64,000 bases of DNA, from NCBI GenBank assembly GCA_038214255.1, contig JBBQRZ010000011.1, positions 12,254 to 76,253 on the forward strand, in the 5' to 3' direction. The notes under the pieces are model-generated. The model ran no database searches. It was not told the origin of the DNA and worked only from the letters and a program-made list of their open reading frames with translations. Shown piece by piece: positions 18,543 to 27,940 of the stretch. Numbering within the stretch: the stretch's first letter is position 1; each line of letters opens with the position of its first letter. Source of the stretch: Candidatus Limnocylindrales bacterium. Lineage in GTDB: Bacteria; Chloroflexota; Limnocylindria; Limnocylindrales; CSP1-4. Position numbers and translations under genes: made by a program.

Positions 18543-19041
18543 GGGCTTGCCGACCCACAAGGCCGTGACGCTCGACCACCTCGGCGGCATGCACTTCCGC
18601 GCTGCTCCGAGCTCGGGCCACGATCTCGAATTCGACGATCGCCAGTCGAACGAGGGCGGCAGCCCGGTCGAGACCGTGCTTGCCGCACTCGCGTCGTGCA
18701 CGGCGATGGACATCATCTCGATCGCCGGAAAGAAGCGCCAGTCGATCGAGTCCTACCGGGTCCATGCGACAGGCAGCCAGCGCGACGAGTACCCCCAGGT
18801 CCTCACCGAGATCGATCTGGTCCACGAGGTGACCGGCACCGACCTGTCGCAGGCCGCGATCCGGCGCTCGATCGAGCTGTCGGCGACGAAGTACTGCCCG
18901 GTCAACGCGATGCTCTCGGCGGGCGAGACGGTCGTCCACCATCGATACCGGATCCATTCATCCGGGACGAAGCCCTACGAAGCCGAGGGCGAGGTGATCG
19001 CGACCGGGCCGTATCAGCGTCCCGAGGTCATACCGGCCTGA
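18514..19041 (+). CDS. OsmC/Ohr-family peroxiredoxin-like protein
   Basis: PVETVLAALASCTAMDIISI and ELSATKYCPV carry the two conserved Cys. The start is uncertain: the ATG at 18514 overlaps the ABC gene by 29 nt, and an internal ATG at 18589 is possible. Confidence 0.75.
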   Translation: MTSPPRWWTEGLPTHKAVTLDHLGGMHFRAAPSSGHDLEFDDRQSNEGGSPVETVLAALASCTAMDIISIAGKKRQSIESYRVHATGSQRDEYPQVLTEIDLVHEVTGTDLSQAAIRRSIELSATKYCPVNAMLSAGETVVHHRYRIHSSGTKPYEAEGEVIATGPYQRPEVIPA

Positions 19042-19071
19042 GGGCGCCCGAAACCTCGAGTTTCGATCGGC

Positions 19072-19170
19072 GAACGAACATGCGTGATCCGCGACCCATG
19101 ATGCGGTCTGAGCGTTGATCCACGCTCAGCCATCGCAAACATCGAACCAGGGTTCGGGTGTGACCCGTAG
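19072..19170 (+). repeat. intergenic element, copy A (paralogue of 25302-25423)
   Basis: The ungapped 42-nt core matches copy B at 34 of 42 positions by hand count. Shared blocks follow: CATCG..AAAC, CCAG.TTC.GGG and GACC(C)GTAG. It contains an 8-bp hairpin, CTGAGCGT-tgatcc-ACGCTCAG (19108-19129). Confidence 0.6.
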
Positions 19171-19197
19171 CGACAAGTTCGACTAGTCCGCTAGGGT

Positions 19198-19788
19198 TTG
19201 TCTGGTATGCTGTCGGGCGCCCCTCCGATGTTCCCTTGCCCCTGCTCCCAGCGTCGAACGATGCCCTCGGCCATCCCGTCCGGTGCCACGGCGAGCCTGC
19301 CACCCGCCGGCAAGATCGATCCGCGCGGTCACCGCTTCGGGGCCGGCGCGTCTGCGGCCCTGCTCGTGGCCGCCGTCGTGGCGAATGCCCCTTGGCTCGT
19401 TGCGCTCGTCCTGCTGTCGATCGGCGTGAGTGGCGCGTTCGGCCTGCGCCACTCGATCTATGGCGCGATCTGGCGCCGGATCGTCCGCCTCGCCCGTCTC
19501 GGTCCGGCCGAGCCCGAGCACGAGTACCCGCCACGTTTCGCCCAGGTCCTCGGCAGCACGGCCCTCGTCCTGTCACTCGTCGCCTTCGGGCTCGGCGCCG
19601 CGACACTCGGCTGGATCCTCGCCCTGGCCGTCGCGGCGTTGCAGACTCTCCTCGCGGTGACCGGCTACTGCCTGGGCTGCCGGCTCTACGTCCTGCGCTG
19701 GTGGGTTCCGGATCTCGTGACCCGGATCTGGACGCGCGGTCGGCCGCGGCCCGGGGCACTCGCCGCCGTCTCGATCGACTACCGCTGA
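19198..19788 (+). CDS. DUF4395-like integral membrane protein
   Basis: There are four hydrophobic segments (AALLVAAVVANAPWLVALVLL, STALVLSLVAFGL, GWILALAVAALQTLLAVTGYCLGCRLY). The start may be the in-frame ATG at 19207. Confidence 0.6.
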   Translation: MSGMLSGAPPMFPCPCSQRRTMPSAIPSGATASLPPAGKIDPRGHRFGAGASAALLVAAVVANAPWLVALVLLSIGVSGAFGLRHSIYGAIWRRIVRLARLGPAEPEHEYPPRFAQVLGSTALVLSLVAFGLGAATLGWILALAVAALQTLLAVTGYCLGCRLYVLRWWVPDLVTRIWTRGRPRPGALAAVSIDYR

Positions 19789-19853
19789 CCCTGGCTTTCA
19801 GCGTCAAGAGGGATCCACGGCCGGCGTCACCTTGGACCAGGCCGCTATTGCCC

Positions 19854-19889
19854 TTGCATCACTATGCAAGGTCCCTGTATAGTGATACA
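19854..19889 (+). promoter_or_regulatory. tandem ARG-box-like palindromes overlapping a sigma70-like promoter upstream of argC
   Basis: TTGCATCACTATGCAA (19854-19869) and TGTATAGTGATACA (19876-19889) are both palindromic. TTGCAT (-35) and TATAGT (19878-19883, -10) are 18 nt apart. The site lies about 70 nt upstream of the argC start, and argR is in the same operon. Confidence 0.65.
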
Positions 19890-19960
19890 CCCATGGCGGC
19901 GGTCCATCCGATCCCGGCGAGCCACCCGAGTCAGCCTCCCGTGAGGGGCTGGATGCGCCC

Positions 19961-21118
19961 GTGAGCGCGGGACTCGAGTCGCCCGCGGCGATCGCGACGG
20001 ACCGCTCGTCGGGGCTCCTCCCCCGCTCGCTTCGCGGCGTCCCGCCCGACGGCGGCGCACGCCAGGTCCGCGTTGGCATCGTCGGCGCGACCGGCTACGT
20101 CGGCGCCGAGCTGATCCGGCTCCTGAGCCGCCACCCGAACGTCGTGATCGTCGGGCTGGCGGGTCGCGATCGCCACGACGAGCCGATCGAGGCGACCCAC
20201 GCCCACCTCGCCGGCATCGGCCTCGTCGTCGGTACCGAGCTGCCGGACGCGGACGCTGTCTTCCTCGCGCTCCCCCGCGGGACCGCGGCGGGCCTCGTTT
20301 CCGGGTTCGTCGAGCGCGGCATGGCGGTCATCGATCTCGGCCCCGACTTCCGGCTGCGCGACGCCGCCGACTACCCGCGCTGGTACGGCTTCGAACACCC
20401 GCGGCCCGACCTCCTCGATGGCGCCGTCTACGGCCTCCCGGAGCTGCATCGCGCCGAGCTGGCGGCCCTCGTCGATGCTCCGACCGCGATCGTCGGTTCG
20501 CCCGGCTGCTACCCGACCGCGTCGCTCCTCGCCCTCGCGCCGCTCGCCGGGGCCGGTCTCATCGGCGATCTCGTCGTTGATGCCAAGAGTGGCGTGTCCG
20601 GCGCCGGCCGCGAGGCCAAGGCCGAGCTGATGTTCGGCGAGGTGAACGAGAGCGTGAAGGCGTACGGGCTCGGCGGCCACCGTCACGTCGCGGAGATCGA
20701 GCAGGAGCTCGCCGTCGCGGCCGCGCGCGAAGGACTGGATCCCGGCGCCAACCCGGGCATCATCGCCGTCGACTTCCTGCCGCACCTCGTCCCGATGACC
20801 CGGGGCATCCTCTCGACGTGCCACGTCCGGCCGACGCGGCCGATCACCCAGGCCGAGGTCGACGCGCTGTACGCGACCGCGTACTCCGACGAGCCCTTCG
20901 TCACGGTCGTGGCCGCGCCACCGGCGACCAAGCACGTCTCCGGCAGCAACCACGTGCGGGTCCACGTTCGTGTGGACGACCGGACGGGTCGGATCATCGC
21001 CATCGCCGTCGAGGACAACCTCGTCAAGGGCGCGGCCGGCCAGGCCGTCCAGGCGTTCAACCTCGTTCATGGCCTGCTCGAGACCGCCGGTCTCGAGCAG
21101 CTCCCCCTCGCACCCTGA
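19961..21118 (+). CDS. argC: N-acetyl-gamma-glutamyl-phosphate reductase
   Basis: Motifs are VGIVGATGYVGAELIRLLSRHP, the active-site Cys in SPGCYPTA, and VEDNLVKGAAGQAVQ. The GTG at 19961 is the only in-frame start I can see and gives a ~36-aa leader. Confidence 0.9.
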   Translation: MSAGLESPAAIATDRSSGLLPRSLRGVPPDGGARQVRVGIVGATGYVGAELIRLLSRHPNVVIVGLAGRDRHDEPIEATHAHLAGIGLVVGTELPDADAVFLALPRGTAAGLVSGFVERGMAVIDLGPDFRLRDAADYPRWYGFEHPRPDLLDGAVYGLPELHRAELAALVDAPTAIVGSPGCYPTASLLALAPLAGAGLIGDLVVDAKSGVSGAGREAKAELMFGEVNESVKAYGLGGHRHVAEIEQELAVAAAREGLDPGANPGIIAVDFLPHLVPMTRGILSTCHVRPTRPITQAEVDALYATAYSDEPFVTVVAAPPATKHVSGSNHVRVHVRVDDRTGRIIAIAVEDNLVKGAAGQAVQAFNLVHGLLETAGLEQLPLAP

Positions 21119-21134
21119 TCCGGGGCCATCGCCG

Positions 21135-22502
21135 ATGACGACGATCTCCACCGATTCGACCCTCCCGGTCGCCTCGACCGTCGAGCGCCGAGCCAGCTTG
21201 CCGGCCGGATTCCGCGCCGGCGGTCTGACCGCCGGGATCAAGGCCTCGGGCCGGCCAGACCTGGCGATCGCTGTCGCGACCGAGGGTCCGGCCGCCGTGG
21301 CCGCCGTCTTCACCTCGAACGCATTCGCGGCCGCGCCCGTTCGCCGGTCGCGGGCCAACCTCGCGGCGACGTCCGGTGACCCGCGCGGCGGATTCGGCTG
21401 GGCCCAGGCAATCATCTCGACGAGCGGCACCGCGAACGCGGCGACCGGGGCGCCGGGCGACGAGGATCAGGCCGAGGTCGGGCGGTTGCTCGCCGCGGCC
21501 GTCGGCATCCCCGAGGCGCACGTCCTCCACCTCTCGACCGGGATCATCGGGACGCGGTTGCCGCTCGAACGGGTCGCGGCCGGGATCGCCGCGCTCGTCC
21601 CGGCCCTCGAGGCCTCGGACCAGGCTCTGGAAGCGGCCGCGGAGGCGCTGCGCACGACCGATTCGGTGACCAAGACGGCCACGACGACCGTCGAGCTGCC
21701 CGGGCCGGACGGCCGGTCGGTGGCCGTGACCGTGACCGGTATCGCGAAGGGCGTCGGGATGATCCATCCGAACATGGCGACGATGCTCGCGGTCGTCCTC
21801 ACGGACGCATCGATCGAGCCGGGCCCGCTCTGGGAGCTCCTCCGTCCGGCCGCGGCCCGGACCTGGGACCAGCTGTCGGTCGACGGAGACACGAGCACGA
21901 ACGACACGGTCTTCGTCCTGGCCTCGGGTGCCTCCGACACTGTCGTAGTCGAGCCCGGCACCGCGTCGGCCGCGGCGCTGGGACGGGCGATCGAGGCCGT
22001 CGCCCGGGACCTCGCCCGTCAGCAGGCAGCGGACGGCGAGGGCGCCACGATCCTCATCACCGCCGCCGTCCGGGGCGCTCGCGACGACGCCGAAGCGCGA
22101 GCCGTTGCCCGCTCGATCGTCTCGTCGAGCCTGGTGAAGTCCGCCGCCCACGGCAAGGACCCGAACTGGGGCCGGATCGCGGGGGCTGCCGGCAATGCCC
22201 GCCTCGCGCCCGCCACCGTGCTGGAGGCCGCCGGTCTCGCCCCGGGCGATGCCGCGACGCGTTCCGGAGCGCCGGTGACGCTCGACCCCGATCGATTGCA
22301 GATCGCGATCGCCGGCGTGCCCGTGTTCGACGGCACCCTCGGTGGCCCGCTGCCCTTCGATCGGAAGGCTGCCCGAGCGGCGATGGACTCCCCGGAGCTC
22401 CGCATCGACCTGGATCTCCGCATCGGCGACGGAACCGGCGAAGCCTTCGGCTGCGACCTGACCGAGGCGTATGTCCTCGAAAACAGTGAGTACACGACGT
22501 GA
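21135..22502 (+). CDS. argJ: bifunctional glutamate N-acetyltransferase / amino-acid acetyltransferase
   Basis: The ATG at 21135 is in frame. Motifs are GFRAGGLTAGIK, the self-cleavage context MIHPNMATMLAVVLTDA, and a C-terminus YVLENSEYTT that is typical of ArgJ. Confidence 0.9.
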   Translation: MTTISTDSTLPVASTVERRASLPAGFRAGGLTAGIKASGRPDLAIAVATEGPAAVAAVFTSNAFAAAPVRRSRANLAATSGDPRGGFGWAQAIISTSGTANAATGAPGDEDQAEVGRLLAAAVGIPEAHVLHLSTGIIGTRLPLERVAAGIAALVPALEASDQALEAAAEALRTTDSVTKTATTTVELPGPDGRSVAVTVTGIAKGVGMIHPNMATMLAVVLTDASIEPGPLWELLRPAAARTWDQLSVDGDTSTNDTVFVLASGASDTVVVEPGTASAAALGRAIEAVARDLARQQAADGEGATILITAAVRGARDDAEARAVARSIVSSSLVKSAAHGKDPNWGRIAGAAGNARLAPATVLEAAGLAPGDAATRSGAPVTLDPDRLQIAIAGVPVFDGTLGGPLPFDRKAARAAMDSPELRIDLDLRIGDGTGEAFGCDLTEAYVLENSEYTT

Positions 22503-22637
22503 GCGCCTGTTACGTCGGCGCCTGCCCGGCGAGGTCAGGCGACGGCGGAGCCGAGTACGGGAGCGAGCGCACCCCAAGGTGCGTGAGTGAGCGCACGGAG
22601 CCGACAACGCAAGCATGGCCCGCCGGGCGCGTGCCCA

Positions 22638-23426
22638 ATGTCTGAGATTCTGGTCGTAAAGCTGGGTGGGACGTCGATCGCCGAGCAATCGCAGGTGCTC
22701 GGCGAGGTCGCGGCGGTCGCGCGACGGCGCCCGGTCGTGCTCGTCCATGGGGGCGGCAAGCGGATCACCGAGTGGCTCGAGCGGCTCGGGGTGCCAAGCA
22801 AGTTCGAGGGCGGCCTCCGGGTCACCGACGCCCAGGCGCTGGAGGTCGCCGCCGCGGTCCTGCGCGGTGTCGTGAACAGCGAGCTCGTGGCGGGGTTGCG
22901 CGATCTCGGCGTCGATGCCGTCGGTCTCTCCGGCGTCGATGGCGGCTTGCTGGTCGCCGAGCGGATCCCGGAGCTCGGGCTCGTGGCGAGCGTGAGCGGT
23001 CTGCGTCGCGACCTCCTTGACGCGATCCTCGTCGGCGGCCAGGTCCCGGTCGTGGCGCCGCTCGCCCGCGATGCCGACGGGATCGTCTGCAACGTGAACG
23101 CCGACGACGTCGCGGCCGGCATCGCCTCCGGGCTCGGGGCGCGCCAGCTCGTCCTCCTCACCGACGTCGACGGGGTTCGCGACGCCGACGGGCAGAAACT
23201 CGATACCCTCACGGCCGCCGAGGCCGAGCACCTGATCGAGGCCGGCGTCATCGCCGGCGGCATGGTGCCCAAGGTCCGCGCCGCGCTCTCGGCGATCGGC
23301 TGGGACCGCGCTGAGGCGATCATCGCCGACGCCGCGGCTGAGGATGCGCTCGAGCGGGCGCTGACCGACCCGTCCTTCGGGACGCGGCTCACGGCCGGGC
23401 GAGAGGCTCGGGTCGGCGCGGCATGA
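22638..23426 (+). CDS. argB: acetylglutamate kinase
   Basis: Motifs are MSEILVVKLGGTSI, PVVLVHGGG and NVNADDVAAGIA. The track's start at 22587 adds 17 non-conserved residues. Confidence 0.85.
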   Translation: MSEILVVKLGGTSIAEQSQVLGEVAAVARRRPVVLVHGGGKRITEWLERLGVPSKFEGGLRVTDAQALEVAAAVLRGVVNSELVAGLRDLGVDAVGLSGVDGGLLVAERIPELGLVASVSGLRRDLLDAILVGGQVPVVAPLARDADGIVCNVNADDVAAGIASGLGARQLVLLTDVDGVRDADGQKLDTLTAAEAEHLIEAGVIAGGMVPKVRAALSAIGWDRAEAIIADAAAEDALERALTDPSFGTRLTAGREARVGAA

Positions 23427-23944
23427 CCGCGTCGCAGGAGCTCAAGCGCCTCCGCCAGCGAACGATCCGCCAGCTCGTGGCCGCCCGACCGGTCGGCAGC
23501 CAGCGAGAGCTCGTCGACGCGCTCATCGAGCAGGGCTTCGCCGTCACCCAGGCGACGGTCAGCCGCGATGTCAGCGAGCTCGGCCTGCTCAAGGTCCCGC
23601 GCTCCGACGGGCACGCCTACGTGACACCCGAGGACGTCGCGGCGCCGGCGCCGGCCCCCGCGGCCTCGGACGAGCGTCTGCGGCGGATCCTCGGGGACGT
23701 GCCCGTGAGCGTCGGGCGCAGTGGCCTGATCCTCGTCCTGACCGGGACGCCGGGGACCGCCAGCGTCGTCGCCCAGGCCATCGACGAGTCGAGCCTGCAT
23801 GAGCAGGAGGGCACGCTGGCCGGCGACAATACGCTACTCGTCCTGTTCGCGGACGAACCGCGGCTCGAGCGCTGGCTCGAGCGCTTCCGGGTGCTCCAGG
23901 ACAGCGTGCTCGTCCCGGCCGCATCCGTTCGATCCCCCCACTGA
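23423..23944 (+). CDS. argR: arginine repressor
   Basis: The ATG overlaps the argB stop (ATGA). The winged-helix block is SQRELVDALIEQGFAVTQATVSRDVSELGL and the C-terminal oligomerisation block is GTLAGDNTLLV. Confidence 0.9.
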   Translation: MTASQELKRLRQRTIRQLVAARPVGSQRELVDALIEQGFAVTQATVSRDVSELGLLKVPRSDGHAYVTPEDVAAPAPAPAASDERLRRILGDVPVSVGRSGLILVLTGTPGTASVVAQAIDESSLHEQEGTLAGDNTLLVLFADEPRLERWLERFRVLQDSVLVPAASVRSPH

Positions 23945-23964
23945 CCGGAGGTCCAGATCCGCGC

Positions 23965-25248
<1,284 letters not shown>

Positions 25249-25301
25249 GCGGCGGCCGCGGTCCGAGGCGTGGCCCGACGTGACTCCCAGTCACGGATCC
25301 C

Positions 25302-25423
25302 GAACGAACGAGCGTGGACCCCGACCCACGATGCGATCTGGGCAACGAGTCCTGCACGTTCATCGTGAAACCCGTAACTGCCAGTTCAGGGAGGTCCGCC
25401 GGAACCCGCGCCAGCGACCGTAG
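25302..25423 (+). repeat. intergenic element, copy B (paralogue of 19072-19170)
   Basis: It has the same conserved blocks in the same order and orientation. A 7-bp helix CACGATG/CATCGTG (25327-25333 with 25361-25367) sits where copy A can pair UGAUG/CAUCG. Confidence 0.6.
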
Positions 25424-25433
25424 TGGGGTGGCA

Positions 25434-25506
25434 CCGGACGGTTCCTGCCGAGCGAAGCCCGCTGGGCGCGGAGCGCCTGTCGGCGAGCACGGCAGGGTTC
25501 GTCCGG
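25434..25506 (+). other. 73-nt long-stem hairpin in the argG / histidine-kinase intergenic region
   Basis: The arms are CCGGACGGTTCCTGCCG (25434-25450) and CGGCAGGGTTCGTCCGG (25490-25506). That gives 7+7 Watson-Crick pairs. As RNA, the central GUU/GUU adds two G-U pairs around one U-U mismatch. Confidence 0.55.
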
Positions 25507-25552
25507 TGAGAGGACCCCGTTCGGACCTCGAGCATTCGGCCCGATCCGGGCG

Positions 25553-26812
25553 GTGATGCGCGATGATCGGACGGTGACGACGGACCGGACCTCGACCGGA
25601 GGGCGACTCCGCGAGCTCGCCTTCCTCCACGAGATCGCCCAGCTCGCTACCCAGGCGCGCGACTGGGACGAGCTCATGCGCACGATCGTCGACCGGACCA
25701 CGGTCGCGATGGATGTCGCGGTCTGCTCCTTCTATCTCGCCGAGCGGGAGCGCACCAGGCTCACGCTCGCGGCGACGAACGGGCTCGATCGCTCTCAGGT
25801 CGGCAAGGTCAGCCTCGGCTTCGGCGAGGGCATCACCGGCCGGGTGGCCGCCACGCGCACCCCGATCGCCGTGGAGGACGTCACCGTCGACGAGCGCTTC
25901 GCCTGGGTCCGCGGCTTCGACATCGAAGGCCTGGCCGGCATGCTGTCGGTCCCGCTCGTGTGGCACGGCGAGGTCGTCGGCGTGCTCAACGTCCAGACCC
26001 GCGATCACCGCGTGTTCGAGCCCGACGAGATCGACTTCCTCCAGACGATCGCGGCCCTGCTGGCGGGCATCGTCGAGAAGGGTCGCCTCACAGCCGAGGT
26101 CGAGGCTCGATTGGCGCAGTTGACCGCGCTCGACGCCGCGCGCTCGGAGCTGCTGTCGGTGGTGACCCACGAGCTTCGAACCCCGCTGTCGATCGTCCGC
26201 GTCTACGTCGACCTGCTGGCCGAGGTCGCCAGCGGCGAGGGTCTCCCGGAGGGGGCCGGCGCGGACGCCTGGCGGTCGGCGGCGCTCGACCAGCTCGGGC
26301 GGCTCGACCGGCTCGTCGACTCGATCCTCGCGTCGGCCCGCGGCGATGGCCTGACCGGCCTGTCCCGGACGCCATTCGATGCTGTGACGGCGGTCGACGA
26401 GACCGTCGAGATGCTCCGGCTCCTGCTTCGGCCGCATCCCATCCGCTGGTCGCGCCCGGACGGCCCGGAGACCGCGATCGGCGACGAGACGCGCTTTCGC
26501 CAGGTGCTCGAGCAGCTGCTCGAAAACGAGTCGAAGTACGCGGCCTCCGCGGACGGCGTCAGCATCGGGGTCTGGCATCTGGAGGACGAGATCCAGGTCT
26601 ACGTGACCGACGACGGGCCCGGGGTCCCGGTCGAGGACTGGGAGAGCGTGTTCGAGCCGTTCGTCCGGATCGAGGGTCGCGGCCGGAGTCGCGGGTCGGG
26701 CATCGGCCTCTTCGCGGCACGGCGGCTGATGAGCGCGATGGGCGGCCGGGTCTTCCTCGAGGCCAACGGCTACGGCGGCTCGCGCTTCGTGGTGGTGTTA
26801 CCCGCGGTCTGA
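25553..26812 (+). CDS. cytoplasmic GAF-domain sensor histidine kinase (no adjacent response regulator)
   Basis: The GAF block is GEGITGRVAATRTPIAVEDV...VPLVWHGEVVGVLNV. The H-box is LSVVTHELRTPLS and the G-boxes are DDGPGV and GSGIGL. I saw no TM segment. Confidence 0.85.
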   Translation: MMRDDRTVTTDRTSTGGRLRELAFLHEIAQLATQARDWDELMRTIVDRTTVAMDVAVCSFYLAERERTRLTLAATNGLDRSQVGKVSLGFGEGITGRVAATRTPIAVEDVTVDERFAWVRGFDIEGLAGMLSVPLVWHGEVVGVLNVQTRDHRVFEPDEIDFLQTIAALLAGIVEKGRLTAEVEARLAQLTALDAARSELLSVVTHELRTPLSIVRVYVDLLAEVASGEGLPEGAGADAWRSAALDQLGRLDRLVDSILASARGDGLTGLSRTPFDAVTAVDETVEMLRLLLRPHPIRWSRPDGPETAIGDETRFRQVLEQLLENESKYAASADGVSIGVWHLEDEIQVYVTDDGPGVPVEDWESVFEPFVRIEGRGRSRGSGIGLFAARRLMSAMGGRVFLEANGYGGSRFVVVLPAV

Positions 26813-26829
26813 CCGGGCGCCCCGGGGAG

Positions 26830-27936
26830 TCAGCCGGTGACGACCCGTGCCTCGGCCGCGCGGAGGCGCGCGTACCCCGGCTTGACGGCCTCGTTGATGA
26901 CCCGCAAGCGCTCGTCGAATGGCGCGAACGCGCTCTTCATCGCGTTGATCGTCAGCCACTCCATCTCGCCGAGGCCGATGCCGAACGCGGCATCGAGCGT
27001 CGCGAACTCGCTCGACAGCGACACGCCGCTCATCAACCGGTTGTCGGTGTTGACCGTCACGCGGTAGCGCAGCCGGCGAAGCAGATCGATGGGGTGCTCG
27101 GCGACCGAGGGAGACGCGCCGGTATGGACGTTCGAGGTGGGACACATCTCGAGCGGGACGCGCCGATCGCGCACGAACGCCGCGAGCCGGCCCAGCTCCA
27201 CCGAACCGTCGTCGCGAACCGTGATGTCGTCGACGATCCGGACCCCGTGCCCCAACCGTTCCGCCCCCGCGAACTGGAGCGCCTCCCAGATCGACGGCAG
27301 GCCGAACGATTCGCCGGCATGGATCGTGATATGGAAGTTCTCGCGGCGGATGTACTCGAACGCATCGAGGTAGCGCGTGGGCGGGTAGCCCTTTTCCGGC
27401 CCGGCGACGTCGAAGCCGACCACCCCGGCGTCGCGCCAGCGGATGGCGCATTCGGCGACCTCGACCGAACGGGCGGCCTGGCGCATCGCGGTAACGAGCA
27501 TCTTCATGACGATGGGCCGACCCGCCGCGGCGGCATGAAGCGAGCCGATCCGGAACCCTTCGAGGTTCGCCGCAACGACCTCATCGAGCGTCAGCCCACG
27601 TTCGGTGGACAGCTCCGGGGCATAGCGGACCTCGGCGTAGACGGCCCCGTCCGCGGCGAGGTCCTCGGCGCACTCGGCCGCCACGCGGATGATTGCGTCG
27701 CGCTCCTGCATGACGCCGACCGTGTGGGCGAACGTTTCGAGGTAGAGCTCGAGGCTCTTGCGGTCGGCGCCCCGCCGGATCCATGCGGCGAGCTCATCGG
27801 GGTCACTCGTCGGCAACCCTTCGTAGCCGAACTCGGCGGCGAGGTCGACGATCGTCGAGGGGCGCAGTCCGCCGTCGAGGTGGTCGTGGAGCAGCGCCTT
27901 GGGCGCTGTTCGGATCGTCGCGAGATCCAGGGCCAT
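26830..27936 (-). CDS. add: adenosine deaminase
   Basis: Blocks [36 protein letters not shown] and [10 protein letters not shown] match the family. Confidence 0.9.
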   Translation of the reverse strand: MALDLATIRTAPKALLHDHLDGGLRPSTIVDLAAEFGYEGLPTSDPDELAAWIRRGADRKSLELYLETFAHTVGVMQERDAIIRVAAECAEDLAADGAVYAEVRYAPELSTERGLTLDEVVAANLEGFRIGSLHAAAAGRPIVMKMLVTAMRQAARSVEVAECAIRWRDAGVVGFDVAGPEKGYPPTRYLDAFEYIRRENFHITIHAGESFGLPSIWEALQFAGAERLGHGVRIVDDITVRDDGSVELGRLAAFVRDRRVPLEMCPTSNVHTGASPSVAEHPIDLLRRLRYRVTVNTDNRLMSGVSLSSEFATLDAAFGIGLGEMEWLTINAMKSAFAPFDERLRVINEAVKPGYARLRAAEARVVTG

Positions 27937-27940
27937 CCCC

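Noticed and set aside
19049-19065. The hairpin CGAAAC-ctcga-GTTTCG immediately after the OsmC stop codon could be an intrinsic terminator.
   Set aside because: The stem is only 6 bp and relatively A/T-rich, and no T-run follows it. The evidence is too weak to call.
19091-19097. The hexamer CGACCC recurs in several intergenic regions (about 19092, 25322, 41327, 41343, 43202 and 43210).
   Set aside because: For a GC-rich hexamer, my rough expectation from base composition is already about half the observed count. This is not convincing beyond the A/B repeat itself.
19097-19130. In repeat copy A, a TGA codon is followed closely by an 8-bp hairpin, which raised the possibility of a SECIS-like selenocysteine signal.
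   Set aside because: No ORF with a start codon or coding bias runs through it. The homologous position in copy B is CGA, not TGC. The A/B differences show no codon periodicity, and the loop lacks the features of the bacterial SECIS elements I know.
22567-22596. In the argJ-argB gap, the two GCGCAC copies (22567-22572 within GCGCACC, and 22591-22596) can each pair with the central GGTGCG (22578-22583), giving mutually exclusive hairpins that hint at an attenuator.
   Set aside because: The stems are only 5-6 bp, which is easily expected by chance in GC-rich DNA. There is no leader peptide and no U-tract.
25381-25425. The sequence TCAGGGAGGTCCGCCGGAACCCGCGCCAGC loosely recalls the SRP RNA domain IV sequence GGUCCGGAAGGAAGCAGC. 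I also checked it against riboswitch signatures (TPP, cobalamin, SAM, FMN, ZTP, c-di-GMP, ydaO).
   Set aside because: None of the invariant motifs is actually present. The resemblance is a few GC-rich nucleotides only.
25314-25556. An 80-aa ORF in the argG-kinase gap, and other small track ORFs in intergenic gaps.
   Set aside because: The composition is Arg/Gly/Ser-rich. There is no SD or promoter context. The homologous repeat copy A carries stop codons in that frame.
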